Origin: Selaginella moellendorffii
Lineage: Eukaryota; Plantae; Lycopodiophyta
Assembly: GCF_000143415.4 (NCBI RefSeq)
Contig: NW_003314474.1
Coordinates: forward strand, 1-45,011
DNA: 45,011 bases
Direction: 5' to 3'
Position numbers and translations under genes: made by a program. The first letter of the stretch is position 1, and each line of letters starts with the position of its first letter. Below the pieces are notes generated by a model that saw only the letters and a program-made list of their open reading frames with translations, did not search any database and was not told where the DNA came from. Positions 1-13,860 of the stretch are shown in pieces.

Positions 1-2210
1 GTCGTTAGACTTATATGGGTTTTCCCATGTTAGCATATCGACTCTATCTCTGTCAATATCATTTGGTTATGTTTAATCTATGGTGTTGGATTTCATGGAG
101 TCTTGGATGTGGTGAATCACTTCTTGATGATGTGTTATCTGTAATTGAGTTTTGCTGAAGAACTAGTCTCGGATATTGAGTAAGTATCTTTGACTTTGGT
201 TAGCTTGGTTGCTAGAAAGTTTTGGGTGGTGATTCACTCATGCTTTCTTCTAGCTTTGTTATGGTGTTGATGGCATTGAAGTGATGCCTTGTCATTGATA
301 TTATTGATGGTTGAGATTTGAGTGAAATGAGATGTCTTTCTTTAGGATTGATATTAAGTTTCATTAGTCTCAATGAAGATAGTATTGATGATTTGGTTAT
401 GGCTTTGTGTTATTGGCATTCGTGCATTTGCTAGTTAGCAATTGTATTGACGTTCAAATGAATTGAGTAGCAAGTTGAGTTAATTGTGTTCTAGACAAGA
501 TTATTTAGTACGGGTTAAGCTTTGGCTTTTCCTTGAAAAATGATTCAGTCGTGGACTATGCTAACTCTACAAGCAGAAGAGTTAGTGGTTAATATTGGAA
601 CATTTGAATCCTTATTAGATTTGAGTTGGAATATATCGATCATTGATAATTCTTCTTGTGCTTGTTATGAAGTGCATTACGTCTTGCTATAGATGGATTC
701 ATGGAGGGTCGTTTGGTGATCACTTGTTGAACATAGCTTCATTATGCTTAATTTTTGAATTGATGTAGATATGCTCTTTATTAGCTTTCGCATTATGAAG
801 TTTAGCTTATGGATGTGTTGAGGAGGATATTGTGTGTTATACCATGATTTCTTCTTTAGTATTGATATTAGCTTATACAAGACTTATGATCATTGTTATG
901 CAAGACTTGGCTATAGGCTTCTTCAAACTTTTGGTTCTTTGAGTTTCCATGCTCATTGTTCCATTTATTAAAAGTTGTTGGGGAAGGCATTTTGACTCAT
1001 TAGCTTCAATGTTGAAGTTGGCTTTTGCATCTAGTAATCATTGGTGATAATTGACTATCATCTAGGATAGTTGATTATCCTTGTCAAAAGGTTTTGCTTG
1101 ATTGTTATTGATATGGAATGAGCTGCTGTTCTTTAGGGTGGTGGATTCTTTCTTCAACAATGATTATGCATCTCTTCATTGATGGGATGATTGATGATCT
1201 TTCATGATGGTTAGTTGTTCACTTTGATAGCTTATGGCTTTTTGCAATACCACATATTGTTTATAGTTTGCTTTAGATTGGTCTCTTGGGTTTGAGACAT
1301 TAGTAGGATGTTGCTGACATTTGCTTGAGCAACTCTAGTTCCTTGGTAGTGTTGATCGGGATCTATTCAAATTGGCTCATCTGATAGTTGGCATAAATGA
1401 GTATCTGTTGGTTTACCATATTCATTCTATTTCGTTGATTGTTGCTCGAGTTTGTTCTGATAGATTGGAATGTTATTTCCTTTGGGTGATACATTCGCAA
1501 GCATTTTGCTTGTCAATCAATGATACCTTGTGTTCTTTGAGTTATCTTCAATAAATTGTTTAGCATACTGTCTACAATCGTCAGTAGTTAAGTTTTATCA
1601 TTGAGTTTTTTTGATGATGCGTTGGCTATTGAATTTTGTTGGATGGTGAATCCTATGTTTTCCAATTATGATGATCTTGGTGGTTCCTCTACTATAATAC
1701 TGGTTTATCAGATGATAACTTACTTGGAATACTTTTTTGTTCTAATATAAGATATATTCACTGATAATTAAGTCTCTACGATATCATTGTCTATGACTTT
1801 GATATTGTCCATCTATTGATCTTTAAACTTGGGCCAGTATAGGCAGACTGGCTAATTGCCTATTTATAGTAGTCTATCTAAACCTTATCGACGGGTTTGG
1901 TTTCTTTGCTCAGGAAGGTTGGGGCCTCTGGCTTCTCTCTCTATGTCCTTGCAAGTAGGGCGTATCACACTTTTGTAAGCTGGGTGACTCCTAGAGCAGT
2001 AAGGGTGGCTGACTTCGTTGGTCATTTCCTTGTTGGCGATGGCCAGAAGGTGTCTGAATTGGTAGCACATCCGCGTTAGACACAGAGGTTACCCCTAACT
2101 CATTTAAGTTGGTGCATTTCTCACATAGTGTGAGTACCGTGAACTTTTTCTGGACTCAAGTATGCGGTATTCTAGACTCAAGTATGCATCAATGAGGACG
2201 TCAATCTTCC
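1..2210 (+). mobile_element. Degenerate 3' internal region of an LTR retrotransposon (upstream of PPT/3' LTR)
   Basis: Lies directly upstream of a polypurine tract and a TG-starting LTR. Strong strand skew (T/G-rich on +), stop-riddled, CpG-poor. No protein domain recognisable. Confidence 0.35.
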
Positions 2211-2211
2211 C

Positions 2212-2224
2212 AAGGGGGGGAGAG
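2212..2224 (+). other. Polypurine tract (PPT) of LTR retrotransposon
   Basis: AAGGGGGGGAGAG immediately followed by TGTCGCG, the classic Ty3/gypsy PPT-LTR junction. Confidence 0.6.
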
Positions 2225-3456
2225 TGTCGCGAATGTGACTTCAGATATCAAAAGTTACCTGTCGATCAGTCCTTACGGACACTCTTACCTTATTGCCACG
2301 ATGGCAGGAGGTCGGTATTGTTGGACCCTTTATCAGTCCCTCTTGTGCTAGTGGAGTTAACTAAGCATTTCGAGTGTACTTAGATCGGACGAGCATAAGG
2401 ATGGAATTCCTACGTGTTATTAGCTAAGCATACTTAGCCCGGTAAGGAGTTCCCGTCTCGTTATGTCTTGCACTAGCTAGTTACAAGAACCTCGCATATT
2501 GAGATTAATCCCTCAATATTGCTGGATGATAGCTTACCGTGTCTGCCAAACACCTTCGCTATCATGCCCTTTGTGTTAGTCTCAATTCGGTCCTAAATGC
2601 TATTTATGGAAAGTGTCCAGATTTGCTCATTTGGCATATCTACGGAATGTAGAGATTGTTCTGAACACAACGGTGTTCGTCCCATGTCCAAATTCGCAAT
2701 CTAAGGACATTCCATATTTAGTAAGTTTGGAGCTTGTCTTAGAGACTAACTCCTGATACTAAGGGAGGCTTGGGGTGAAATCCCAAAGCGTGTGTTCCTC
2801 AACGGGGGGGGGGGGCTATGGGAGGCTCCAAATGTATAGTAGGGATAGTGGGGTAGGTCGGGCATGGCCGACCAACCTGAGGCATAGCTTAACTCTTGCT
2901 TGCGTGCTTGTCCTTGTTTTATGTCTAGCTTGGGTTTAAACCCAAGTTCCATTCCATGCTAGCTGGTGGGGTACCCATGTCCTTGTGTTAGGCCACCAGT
3001 ATGCCAAAATAGTGCCAGGCTCCGTTTGGCTCCGTTTTGCGTGCTGGTCCTGGCATTGGGATGTTGGTTGCTCCAAGACTGTTCCAAGTTGCTCTGGGCT
3101 CCTATCCTTTCACTCCTTGGGTTGTATGCTCGGGAGTTGCTCTGTGGTTCGGTTTCGTCACTCCTTGGCTCCATGCTTGGGAGTTTGGCACCGTTTCTTC
3201 GTTCAGTGGCCCAAGGCCTTGAACCTTGGGTTCCACACCACGTTCCTTTGGACACGTGGCATGTGACACGTGGCATCTGTCACGTGGCACAAAGAGGGTT
3301 TAGGTTCCACTTCGTGGTGTTATCCTATGGTAAATCACCATAGGATAAAAGGTCAAAACGACATGCACTACATTTTATCCCCATTTATCCCCCAAGGTTC
3401 TAAAGATTTACATTGATAATATATCTAAATCTCATTCTATGATCGTATGTGCTATA
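2225..3456 (+). mobile_element. LTR (~1.2 kb), probably the 3' LTR of a Ty3/gypsy element
   Basis: Starts TGT after the PPT and ends GTGCTATA (decayed ...GCTACA). Its last ~85 nt (ATTTATCCCCCAAGGTTC...GCTA) resemble the end of the solo LTR at 8701-8784. Contains internal TTGGCTCC-type short repeats (~3010-3200). Confidence 0.55.
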
Positions 3457-4199
3457 TGAAAAATGTGATAGAAGTGAGATAAGTGGAAAAAAGTTACTTA
3501 AACAACTGTAATAAGTGATAGACAAAAGTGTAGCAGATGGAAAATAGAATAGTGTATGATTGCAAGTAGATTAGAGTAATGGTGATGGGGTTTGAATTCA
3601 TCTAATATAAAAAAGAACTTAAAAACTATAGAAGAAAAGCTAAGAGATGAACAAGGCTTTCAAATGATTAGAGTTGAGGCCATATAGAGACTGAAAACCT
3701 ACTACTATAAGAATACAAGTCTTGAAAAGGAAAGTAAAAAAAAGTGAAAGAAAACAAAGATAAACAAAGAAAACAAAAAAGAGAGAAAAGAAGTTATCAT
3801 AAGAGAAGTTAGTAGTGATGTCAGGAGCTGTTGGGTGTAGTTGTGTTACAGCTCACTCCAGGTGAATGAAGGGCATCTTGAAAGATGCCAAAGATGCCAA
3901 TAAAGATGGTTCCAAAGTTGGATGTTGCATTGACTTATTAAAGTGAATTGTTGTGACCTTGAGTAAAAACCTGAAACTTTGCTTATTGTCATGAGGTTGA
4001 GAGCTCTTGTATGCTGGGACAAAATGCCTCCAAAGTCTAGAATGTAGCCTAAGTTGTCATGAATTTAGTGGACAAGTTCATGTATATATCATAATCACTA
4101 AGAGTCATGATTTAGAGGTTTAAGCAAGTTGGTGTGATCTTTAGGTGTTGGAAAGGCTGAAGAAGAATACTAAGTTGCTATAAGAATAAATCTACCACT

Positions 4200-5720
4200 A
4201 TTGCCACCTTTTATAAACAGCAACTACAGGAGTTTGTTGTATATATACATCTCATTTGAAAGAGGCCTCTAAAAGGTCTAGAGAAGGTGTTGCAATTGAA
4301 AAAAAACTTTAAATCATTGTTTATGTGTTTATGTCTATAAAGTATTTGTGCTTTAAAGAATTTCCTATAAAGGCAAAGTAAGTACAACATCATAAACAAC
4401 ATGGTGGATATGATCTCCAAGAGAAAACGAAATATTCCATTCCATAGGCTTAAACACCATTGACAATGCAAATGCCTATATGGCTGCACATATGTGGGTT
4501 GGTCTTGACACTCCACATGCTCGGAAGCTCTCTCGTCTGTTCTCAAGGTTGTGTTCAAGTTGGCATCACTAGTCTCAATAAAGGATAGCAAGTGAGTGCT
4601 GGAAATAACCATATTTAACACCTCTAGTTGCATAAAGGGAGCTTGTAGAGTGTCTTTTATAATCCCCCACCTTGATTTGAGGCAGAAAAGTCACTACCCA
4701 AACTCACCATTGCATTTTTACTCTCCCCCTCATTCTCATGCATTTGCAAATCTTGATTGGATCTTGTGTTTCTTGGAGCCTAAGCAAATGCAATCACTCA
4801 CAATAGATAGAAGAGGAGTCCAAGGGTGAAACTATCTAGACATGATGAAAAAGATCAATTATATTAGCATCTCAAACTTTGACATGGTGTCATTGTTGGG
4901 ACTTGTTGGTTAAAGTGGAGGAGTTTGGCTAGGCTAATGTCAATTGATACACTTCCTAGGATGCTAGAGGCTATCCCTTTACATTGAGGATAGTAACTTG
5001 CTCGTGCCTCTTCCAATTTGCATTTGGCCATGTTCAAAGTCAAAAGAGCACAAAGTTGTATCTAAACATGGCCAACTAAGGATCACTAATAGCACCTATA
5101 AGAATGCTTTCAAAGCAGTATAGTCCACAATCAGAAAGTTCACTGTAGAGTCATGGCCATGAACCAAGATAGGTACATCTTGACAAATCCCCATTAGAGC
5201 AATTGTATAATTGGCAAAGGTTTTCAATATGACATTTGAATACTCCTTGATCTATAGAATTACTTGCTAAGCCACTATCAAGGAGAGGATGTTGAGTCTG
5301 CAAGAGTCTCTATATCAGTGCTTGCAATCAATGTTTGCAATCATTGCCAAGATGAGGAAGGTATTAGGCTCTGTAGCTACTATAGCATTGACAGTGAGGA
5401 TAGGGCCCATATTAGGGGCTATCGATGAGGCCTTTCCACCAAGAACACATACTAACCTCAAGTTGTTGAAGAAGACATAAGAATTGGTAGCAAAGATCAT
5501 CAATTGTTGTTATGATAGATGTTGTTATGATTTGCTCTATGAGATGACTTTGGCCACTATTTGGCATAAAAGGAGACCCTTGGCTGCATCCTTGTAAACC
5601 TTGATCCACATAGATATAGTAAAACCATGCCAAAGTGAAAGATAACTTGCATGTTATGAGAGATGGAGCCAAAGGAGCTAGTGGAGCTAATGTTGAGGTA
5701 GATTCCAACTCTTGCACAGC
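4200..5720 (-). pseudogene. Heavily decayed retrotransposon gag/aspartic-protease-like relic
   Basis: Minus-strand translation gives ...YRDSCRLNIL...GICQDVPILVHG...VNFLIVD...VILSWP (retropepsin-like spacing) and a downstream QPYR motif typical of the gypsy RT N-terminus. Many stops. Confidence 0.3.
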
Positions 5721-6416
5721 TATTTTATGCTTCTTTTAAGCTTTTATTTCTTTGTTATAGCAAGGCAATGAGAATGGTGTTTACTAAACATTTGCCACCA
5801 ATAACAACTAGGGCTTATTTAAGTGAAGCAGCTATTAGTATCAAGTTGATGGTGCTAAGGTTGCTACTAGATATGTTGAGGTAATTGGGGTTGAAGTTCT
5901 AGATGCAATTTCCAACACTTTATAGTGTGTATCTATAACAATTTCTATCCAACTTTTGTTAGAGTTTTTGACTCTAGTTGCATATGTAAAGACTTTTCTA
6001 AAAGATTTAAACCGCTTGTATAGGATTTGTTGGATTGCTCTATTTGGTAAGAATATTGTATATGTGTTCATTTATTGCAGATATGCATGCAACTCTTGAA
6101 ATGGAAAAGCAAAACTATGTTGATGATGCTAAAACCTTTAGATGAGTAAATCAAAAGGAGGAAACTCCTACTAAAGATGCTATAAAAGAGGTTGAGGCTA
6201 AGTTGGAAGAAAAAGATCTTAGGCTAAAGGTTGCACTATAGTGTGCAATTCAAAATATTAGGATTTAGAATTTGCAAAGGAAGTTCACAAATTAAAGGAG
6301 AATAAGAAGAGGAAGAAAGAAGCTAAAGTAACTAAATTAGTTAAAACTAAGTAGCCAAACTCCTCTTCAAATTTTAAGGATGTTAAAGTTTTATAACTAG
6401 CCTCAATTGCATGACT

Positions 6417-6516
6417 NNNNNNNNNNNNNNNNNNNNNNNNNNNNNNNNNNNNNNNNNNNNNNNNNNNNNNNNNNNNNNNNNNNNNNNNNNNNNNNNNNNN
6501 NNNNNNNNNNNNNNNN
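6417..6516. other. Assembly gap (100 N)
   Basis: Run of N. Confidence 0.99.
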
Positions 6517-6900
6517 ATGATGAATGTTTGGAGCTATTTTTTGGAAGGTTTAAGTTCACTTTGTTGCAATGAGATTTTGAAGTTTAAGCCAAAAACATAT
6601 ATAAAGTGTGAGGAGTTTGCACAACAAGTTACCTTTAGTCACTTATTCATAAAATAGTATCAACAACCATATATTACTACCTTAGATAAAAATAAGAATT
6701 TCAAGAATAAACAAGGTGAATAGAAATAGAGGGTGGAGGAGAAATTCCACTATAGAAGCTCATAAAAAATGGTCAATAAAAGTGGTGATTGGTAACCACT
6801 AATAGCTTTTTCTAATCTTAAGCCCTCTATTCCTCCTAATAGGTACAAGTAGTAGCAATCTATGAAACCTACTCCTAGTGTAATAAGTAGTGTGGTGTAT

Positions 6901-6942
6901 TGTTTCTTTTGTGGAGAGGCATGAAATATAATTAGCCATTGA
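6901..6942 (+). pseudogene. Decayed gag CCHC zinc knuckle
   Basis: CFFCGEA*NIISH* fits the C-X2-C-X4-H-X4-C spacing with mutated positions. Confidence 0.45.
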
Positions 6943-7057
6943 GACTTATGTGGAGCAACTTTTCCAAGGTTGGTCTAGAATTACTAAGGCAATAGGCAAA
7001 GCTTAGTATAGGTATTGGTATGATAAGGATTAACATTGCCAAGATGAAACTTATCAA

Positions 7058-7460
7058 GTGGGAGATTAGGTATAGTTATCCTTATAAAGCTTGAATATTA
7101 AAGGATTTTTATCTCAAAAGTTGTTACAACAACCTCTATAACATATTAGTCCCAGAAGATATGTTGGGTGCTAAAGCAAATTGATAATATATTTTATCAA
7201 TTGGATCTTTCAAAAGAGATGTTAAGTATTCATGATATATATCATATCAATTTACTAGCCCCATATGAGGATTCTGGCCACTCTATGGAAGTTTGTCCAG
7301 TTCCAGAAATTGTTGATAGGGAACTTAAGTACGAAGTAAAAGCTATTTTAGGTATGTATTAGATTAAGTGTTAGAAATATCTTGTTAAATGGAAAGGTTA
7401 CCCAATATGTGAATGTACTTGGGAGCCTCTTAGTAATCCTACATATGCTCATGAGCCTAT
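7058..7460 (+). mobile_element. Chromovirus (Ty3/gypsy) integrase C-terminus: GPY/F-like region plus chromodomain, pseudogenised
   Basis: YQLDLS...IHDIYHINLLAPY followed by YEVKAILG...KYLVKWKGYP..ECTWEP (group I chromodomain motif), with in-frame stops. Confidence 0.85.
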
Positions 7461-7469
7461 TGGCAAAGA

Positions 7470-8190
7470 ATTAAGATATCTTTCTGAAAGATTTACCACC
7501 AAAGTTACCTTCTAGCTGTGAAGTTGATATTGTTCTAGGTTTTAAGCCACCCACAAAAGCTCTATACTATTTAAATATTAAGGAGATGGTTGAACTCAAG
7601 AAGCAATTTATAGAACTTCTTAATAAAAGTCATATCCAACTAAGGCTTTTTTTATGAAAAAGGATAGTACTATGAGGATGTATATCAATTATTAGGCTCT
7701 GAACAAAATCATGGCTAAAAATAGTTATCCTTTTCCTCACATTAATGACTTACTCTTGAAAACTAAGTATTTTATGTAACTTAATTTGCGGTCTAAGTAT
7801 CATCAAATATGGATGGTAGATTAAGATGTGGAGAAAACAATCTTTAAAACTCCTTATAGATCCTATGAATTCCTCATTATGTATATAATGCTCCAGCTAC
7901 ATTCAATATATTTATGGATAGAATATTTAGAAATTATTTAACACATTTTATTGTCCTATATACTGATGATGCTTTAGTATTCAAAGAAATGTTAAAAGCA
8001 TTTGAAACACTTGTGGTTAGTGTTTAAAAAGCTACGAGAAAACAAACTATATACTAAGGAAAATATATATGCTTTTGGTCAATTGCATTAAAACTTTCTT
8101 GGGTATATAGTATGTAATCAAGGTGGATAAAAAAAAGGTAGAAGTGGTGAGGTCTTAAGAAGTTCTAAATTACTATATTAGATGTTTATT
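7470..8190 (+). mobile_element. Ty3/gypsy reverse transcriptase relic
   Basis: KKDSTMRMYINY*ALNK, YPFPHINDLL, LNLRSKYHQI, KTIFKTP..SYEF, NAPATF, YTDD (YxDD), FLGYIV. Frameshifts and stops. Confidence 0.9.
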
Positions 8191-8192
8191 TA

Positions 8193-8784
8193 TGTAGCAC
8201 ATCCTATCTCTCTCTCCCTTTAAGCCAATTGGAAAAAGGGTAATGGTTTGATAAAAGAATCTTTAGTGGCTATTTTATCACTATTAAAATACACTTACCC
8301 CCCCTTTAGAGACTATTGACTAACAACCCTTATTGAGATAAAGGGAATCAACACCTTCATTTCCACATTGAATCTACCAATTCTTCCATTGTATACATCA
8401 GTTATTCTATGTGAGGCAATTAATCATCCACCCGTATTGTAATTCTATAGTAACTACCTTCATTTGGGATGCTCTATAGAAGAGGAAGGACGTATGTATG
8501 GATGCCTAATACACATGATTTCAAATTTAAAAGTAGGAATATACCTTGTTTAAGGGTATATTATATTTTAAATAGCCATTAATCAATGAGAATCGAATTT
8601 GTGCCATTTGCTTTGATACTATATGTAATGCATTATATTTCTCTCCTTTTAAGTCAATTAGAAAAAGGGCAATTGCTTGATGAGAGAGCCTTTAGTGGCT
8701 ATTTATCCACATTTATCCCCCAAGGTTCCAAGGAGCCACGATGATAATATATTTAAATTTCATCCCATGATCACATGCGCTACA
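8193..8784 (+). mobile_element. Solo LTR with 5-bp target-site duplication
   Basis: Termini TGTAGCAC...GCGCTACA (inverted, TG..CA). Flanks ATTTA/GTTTA (4/5 match). Internal direct repeat ~8210-8282 vs ~8640-8710. Truncates the RT relic. Confidence 0.75.
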
Positions 8785-11700
8785 GTTTATTTCACAGTTT
8801 AACAAGATATTATTATAAGTTTGGTTTACAATTTTGAAAGTATTGCCTTTTCTATTGACTTAGTTAATAAAGGGTAATATATTGATTCATTAGACACTAG
8901 TTTGCTAATGTACTGGTCTATAGTTGAAGAAGATCTTGACTTTGGTTCATGTTTTCAAGGGGGATGGTCCAAAGTTGAATTGAGCTCACGAGTTGAGCTC
9001 AACTCGACACAAGTCAATATAGTTAACTAAAAGTTTTATAAAGGAAATTTAAATTGAAGAAATGATTGAAACATGTAAGTAGTTGAGTCAAAAGTTTCTA
9101 CTAGAATGAGTTATTTAAAAATGAGAACCTATCTTTTCTAAAGCTATATTATTTTATAAGACTACTATTACAATTTAATTACATATTTTGACTAATTTTA
9201 TAGCTGTCATATATTTACATACTTTCCCTTCATTTTAAATTTTTTTCTAGGGTTCTTGAGAAGATGAGAAGCAAGGAAAACAACAAACTTTTAAGTAAGA
9301 GTTGTAGTTTAAAAATATGTGAGAATGTTAACTTTATTTCACTATTAAAATCTCTATATTAAACTCTTGGTCCTTATTACCCATTTGGAAATGTGGAGAC
9401 AATTGTCACTATTGATAAAAATGCTTTTATTACTTACGAAACAATAGCCTAAAGCAAAAGAAATGAAGAATTGAATAGCATGGTGTAGAGCATCAACAAA
9501 TCTACTCCATAAAACTTTTCATAGCACTTTTAATTTATATAATACTTTATATAAAAATCTCCATTTGCTTGATTATATTCCAATCCTCCCATATGAGAAA
9601 AATAAGGTATATTTTCATAGTGAGCCCCCACTAAGAGTTTTTGGGAGTTGTTTGTGAATAATAATAATAGAAATCAAAATCTTTCGAAAGACTCAAAAGT
9701 AATTATATTAAAAAATCAAGTCTATCTACATTTTCAAGACTGAAAAATATTCTCGCATAAAAGAATGCCAAAGTGCCAACATGTTCTGCCATTATAATGT
9801 GGTCTATATTTCTCTAGAAAGGTGGTATATGTATAAATAAAAATATGGAGTATGTTATCATCAAAATGATAAAGTATTTATATACATGATAATCTAGAAT
9901 TCTAGAAGCTCTTATACTTATAAGCAAGTTATGATTATGAAGCCTAATTTCCAAAACTGACATTTCAAGAATTTGAGTATTGTTAATGTCATAATAAATA
10001 AATCTCATTCCCAAGACAAAACTTAATATATAAACTACTAAGAAAAGTTATAGTTGCCATAGTTCTTTTGTTGAGTTCCTTGCAAAGCTAAAAGGTTTAT
10101 ATACAAATGGCTGAAAGGTTTATATAGGAATGGTTGAAAGGGAAGTCATTACTATTCATAATTAGCCCCTTAACATTTCATATCAATTTCCACCTCCATC
10201 TCTAGGTTCTACCAACATTTCACTTTCACCTCTATATAATGATCCTCTTTCTGCTAGGGGCTTTAGTGAAGCTAAACTAGAGCTCCCTACATATGAAATT
10301 CTAGAACTTTTTACTAAAGAGGGATTGCTTTCAGCACTTCAAAAATAATATCACATGTTTTTGCAAGATCTTGCTCCTAACATGATAGGACAACTTGAAA
10401 GCACAAAAAGTTATTATATTTGATGGCTAATATGTTACTATTTTTTGGGTAGGACAAATGGCTTTATAAGTTTACAAACTTTTCTTGAGCATTGTAACAA
10501 TTGCCCAACAAACTGATCTAAAAAATATGCATAGGTGGATATACAATAAATTCAAGAACAAATTACAGACACATATGCATTATCACTTCATGGTGAAGAA
10601 TAACATCTCCTTGGGAAACATTACATTTGCTAGTGCAAAATATAGAGTTTTAGGTCACTCTATAGTGAAATATAAAATTTAGGATTGCTTTACTATACTA
10701 TAGTATTGGTATATATATCTATATATATACATATATAAATGAGATGATACTAGTTGTAGGTAATATATCTTATTCTATAGTGGAATATCCACTATAAAAC
10801 TATTATAATAAACAAGGTATTAGAAGTATAGTGTTCCATTTGGGAATGACTCGAAAGAATAAATATATAGACTCTTTTATTGGCTTTGAAATCAACAAAA
10901 CAGTCATCCTTTTTTAATAGGAACTAGTGAAAACATTGAGAGTTTGATTGTAAAGTGCTCAATATGCCTTTTGGTTTTGGGTCAGAAATTCATTTTTATG
11001 GGCTTGAATAGTTTTTATTGAGCACTACTATGATTGCGGCATAAATGGTGTTAACACGTCACATATAATTATTTATAAGATATTGAAAGATGAGATGATA
11101 ACATATATATGTGATAGAGTGATGGTGATATGCAAGAATGACAATTTGAAATTATGAAATTTGACATTGATACTATCACTGATATTTGACACTATCACAA
11201 GCATCTGACATTGTTACTGATATTTGACATATAACAAGCTTTTCATTTCATGTAAGGATGCAATTAACTTTCTTCTGCCTCATCATCAATATATTAATTC
11301 TTTTTATGCCTCCTCCTATATTGGTATTGTGGAGAAGATTCATCTTGCATTTTTTGAGCTATGGCTTTTACATAGTTGAGGAGACTTCCAAAGCCTCAAA
11401 TTCTAAAAACTTCATATAACTGTGATCTATAAAATAGAACTAAATATTTATTGAAATCTTAATAAATATAATTTACCTCCTTAAGGTTGGAGGCAGCTCA
11501 CAAAATCCTTTATGCTAACATTAAGAAATGATGTTCTTCAATAGCAAACACTGATCTACTAGAGTCACATGCTACCTTCACTATAAATCTACCATTTACT
11601 GTGTAATCAATCACAACACCATCTGAAATATAAGTTACTATGAGAAAAACAAATAAAAAACATTCAACTTTAGCCCAACATGCATTAAGATAGGGATTTT

Positions 11701-13499
11701 TGATTGCATGACATGAATATGAGCAATAAGTCACATTTCATTGCATCATCAATGGAGTTTAAAATCAGTATACTAGAAATGTGCTATAAATCTACTCATC
11801 AACAAGGTTAGGTATAATGTTAATAGAACTATTGTACCTAGGCAAAACAAGTGCCGCATGATTGCTATCACGAAACCCGTCATGTGTGTTTCTATAAAAG
11901 ATATGATAAGACCACATCATAATTTGGAAAATAAAAAATTTTATAAATTAGATAAAAATATGAAATATCTACTCACCTTTTCAAGCTTCCCTTGGACTCC
12001 CTTAGTATCAATGCCAACAGGATCAATGATGACCGGGAAGAAAAAGACTTGAAACAAACTTTTGCTACACATATTATAAGCTCATAAATTTAGTTGGGGT
12101 CATTTGGTAGAAGAAAGATGATATAGCTAACTTTGAGTATAAGTGTTTATGACAAAAGAAATACATTACGTATGTGGTCAAGTGTGAAAAATTTCTAGTC
12201 CTTGACTTTCCCATCAATATCTAAAAGACTGTTTGGAAAGTCAAAGAGAATGAAGTCCATAATTGGGAGTAAAAGCCTTTATATCTTTTAGCACCAATGG
12301 TTGAACTAATGTTGTATGTCCATATTCATGTCATCTTCCATGAAAAATATCAATATTCTATTGTAGGAGCCAATGAAGACACTTATAGTGCCTTGGTGTG
12401 TTAGTGGAGAAATATGACCAACCTATAGAAGAGCTAAATGAATAAAAAAGCAAGGAATAATATACTACTATCATATGGTGTATTATTGATAAGAGTTTCT
12501 CTGACTCCTTGTCATGAGCATCTCATTATGCTGGAATGAAATTACTACTAATAGTCATTGCTACAAAAAAACATGTGTTATCACCTTTGCTTTGTAAAAG
12601 TCATTTTTGCTTACCTCGAGGTCAATGTAATATTTTGCAAACAACTTGATCATCGTTATTTTCTAGTGGAACCTGGTTTGGATCTTAAATGTCTAATGGT
12701 GGAATTGGAACTTGAGAAAGTGTGTAATTAAGGCATTGACATCGCTAGCACTTATGTTAGTGGAAGTGGCATTGTTATTTCGAGTGATGGTGGAATGTGA
12801 GCTTAATCTAGAACTTCCTCATCCTCCTCTCCATCATTATTTACATCATTATTATTGCTAGCATTGATAACTTCCTCTTGGTTTAGTGTAGGGTCTCCTT
12901 CCAACTTTTAAAAGCATTTTACTTTCCGTGCCTTTAGAACTCTTGTAAACATTGTTGGGTACATTCTTCCATTCTTTACACCTTTTGCAATAAGTCAAGT
13001 GCAAACTAGTACCTTAAATAGCATGCCTCTATATCAAAGATATCTGTAAACAATATATATTTAGAAAAGATTTTAGAAATTATATTATATCTATAAGCTG
13101 TACATTATATGAAATAAGGCTGACCATATTGGCAATTATAAATTGTTGTGTTTGTAGAGTTCTTTAGCAGTGACCCCTCTTTGATCCCTTTTAATAATGT
13201 GTTGACATAGGTGTTGAAGGACATGAATGTACTATCTGGATATGAGACATAAATCCCTAAGCCCCAAAGTGGAGCAGAAAGGGTGTCACATAGTAGTGGT
13301 CAAAGTGGAAGTCCAACAAGTGTAACATGTTTGGATTAAAGGCTCTAACTAGGAAAGTCAACAATGGGAGTGGAACTCCGAACGAAGTGCTCAAAGGATG
13401 AGCACGAAGAAATCGGTGAATGAGTCTCTATATGGGGACACAAGAAGGACTAACACATAGCAAGTATTGTAACACATGGAAGTGTTAGGAATGATTCTG

Positions 13500-13860
13500 A
13501 GAAAGAGTCTGGGATGGAGTTTGATATGGACCCAAGATGGAATTTGAGATGGAGTCCAAGATAGAGTCTGATATGGATTCAAAATGTGAAGTCCGATATA
13601 GATCCAAGATGGAGTTCGAGATGGACTCGAGATGGACCCAAGATGGAGTCTGAGATGGACCCGAGATGGAGTCCAAGGTCAAATCTGAGATGGACCTGAG
13701 ATGGAGTCCGAGGTTGAGGCCGAAAAAGAGATTGAGACCGAGACCAAAACTAAGACCAAGATCGAGACCGAGACTGAGACCAAGACTGAGTCCGAGACCA
13801 AGCCTGAGATGGAGTTTGAGACTGAGTTTGAGTCCAAGTCTGAGTCCAAGAGTGAAAGCC
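13500..13860. repeat. Degenerate minisatellite (GAGATGGA[G/C]TCC-type ~12-mers grading into GAGACC/GAGACT 6-mers)
   Basis: Visible tandem periodicity. It explains the low-complexity ORFs in several frames. Confidence 0.85.

Noticed and set aside
2959-3343. Cluster of overlapping 60-125 aa ORFs
   Set aside because: Arise from GC-richer short repeats inside an LTR, with no protein motifs.
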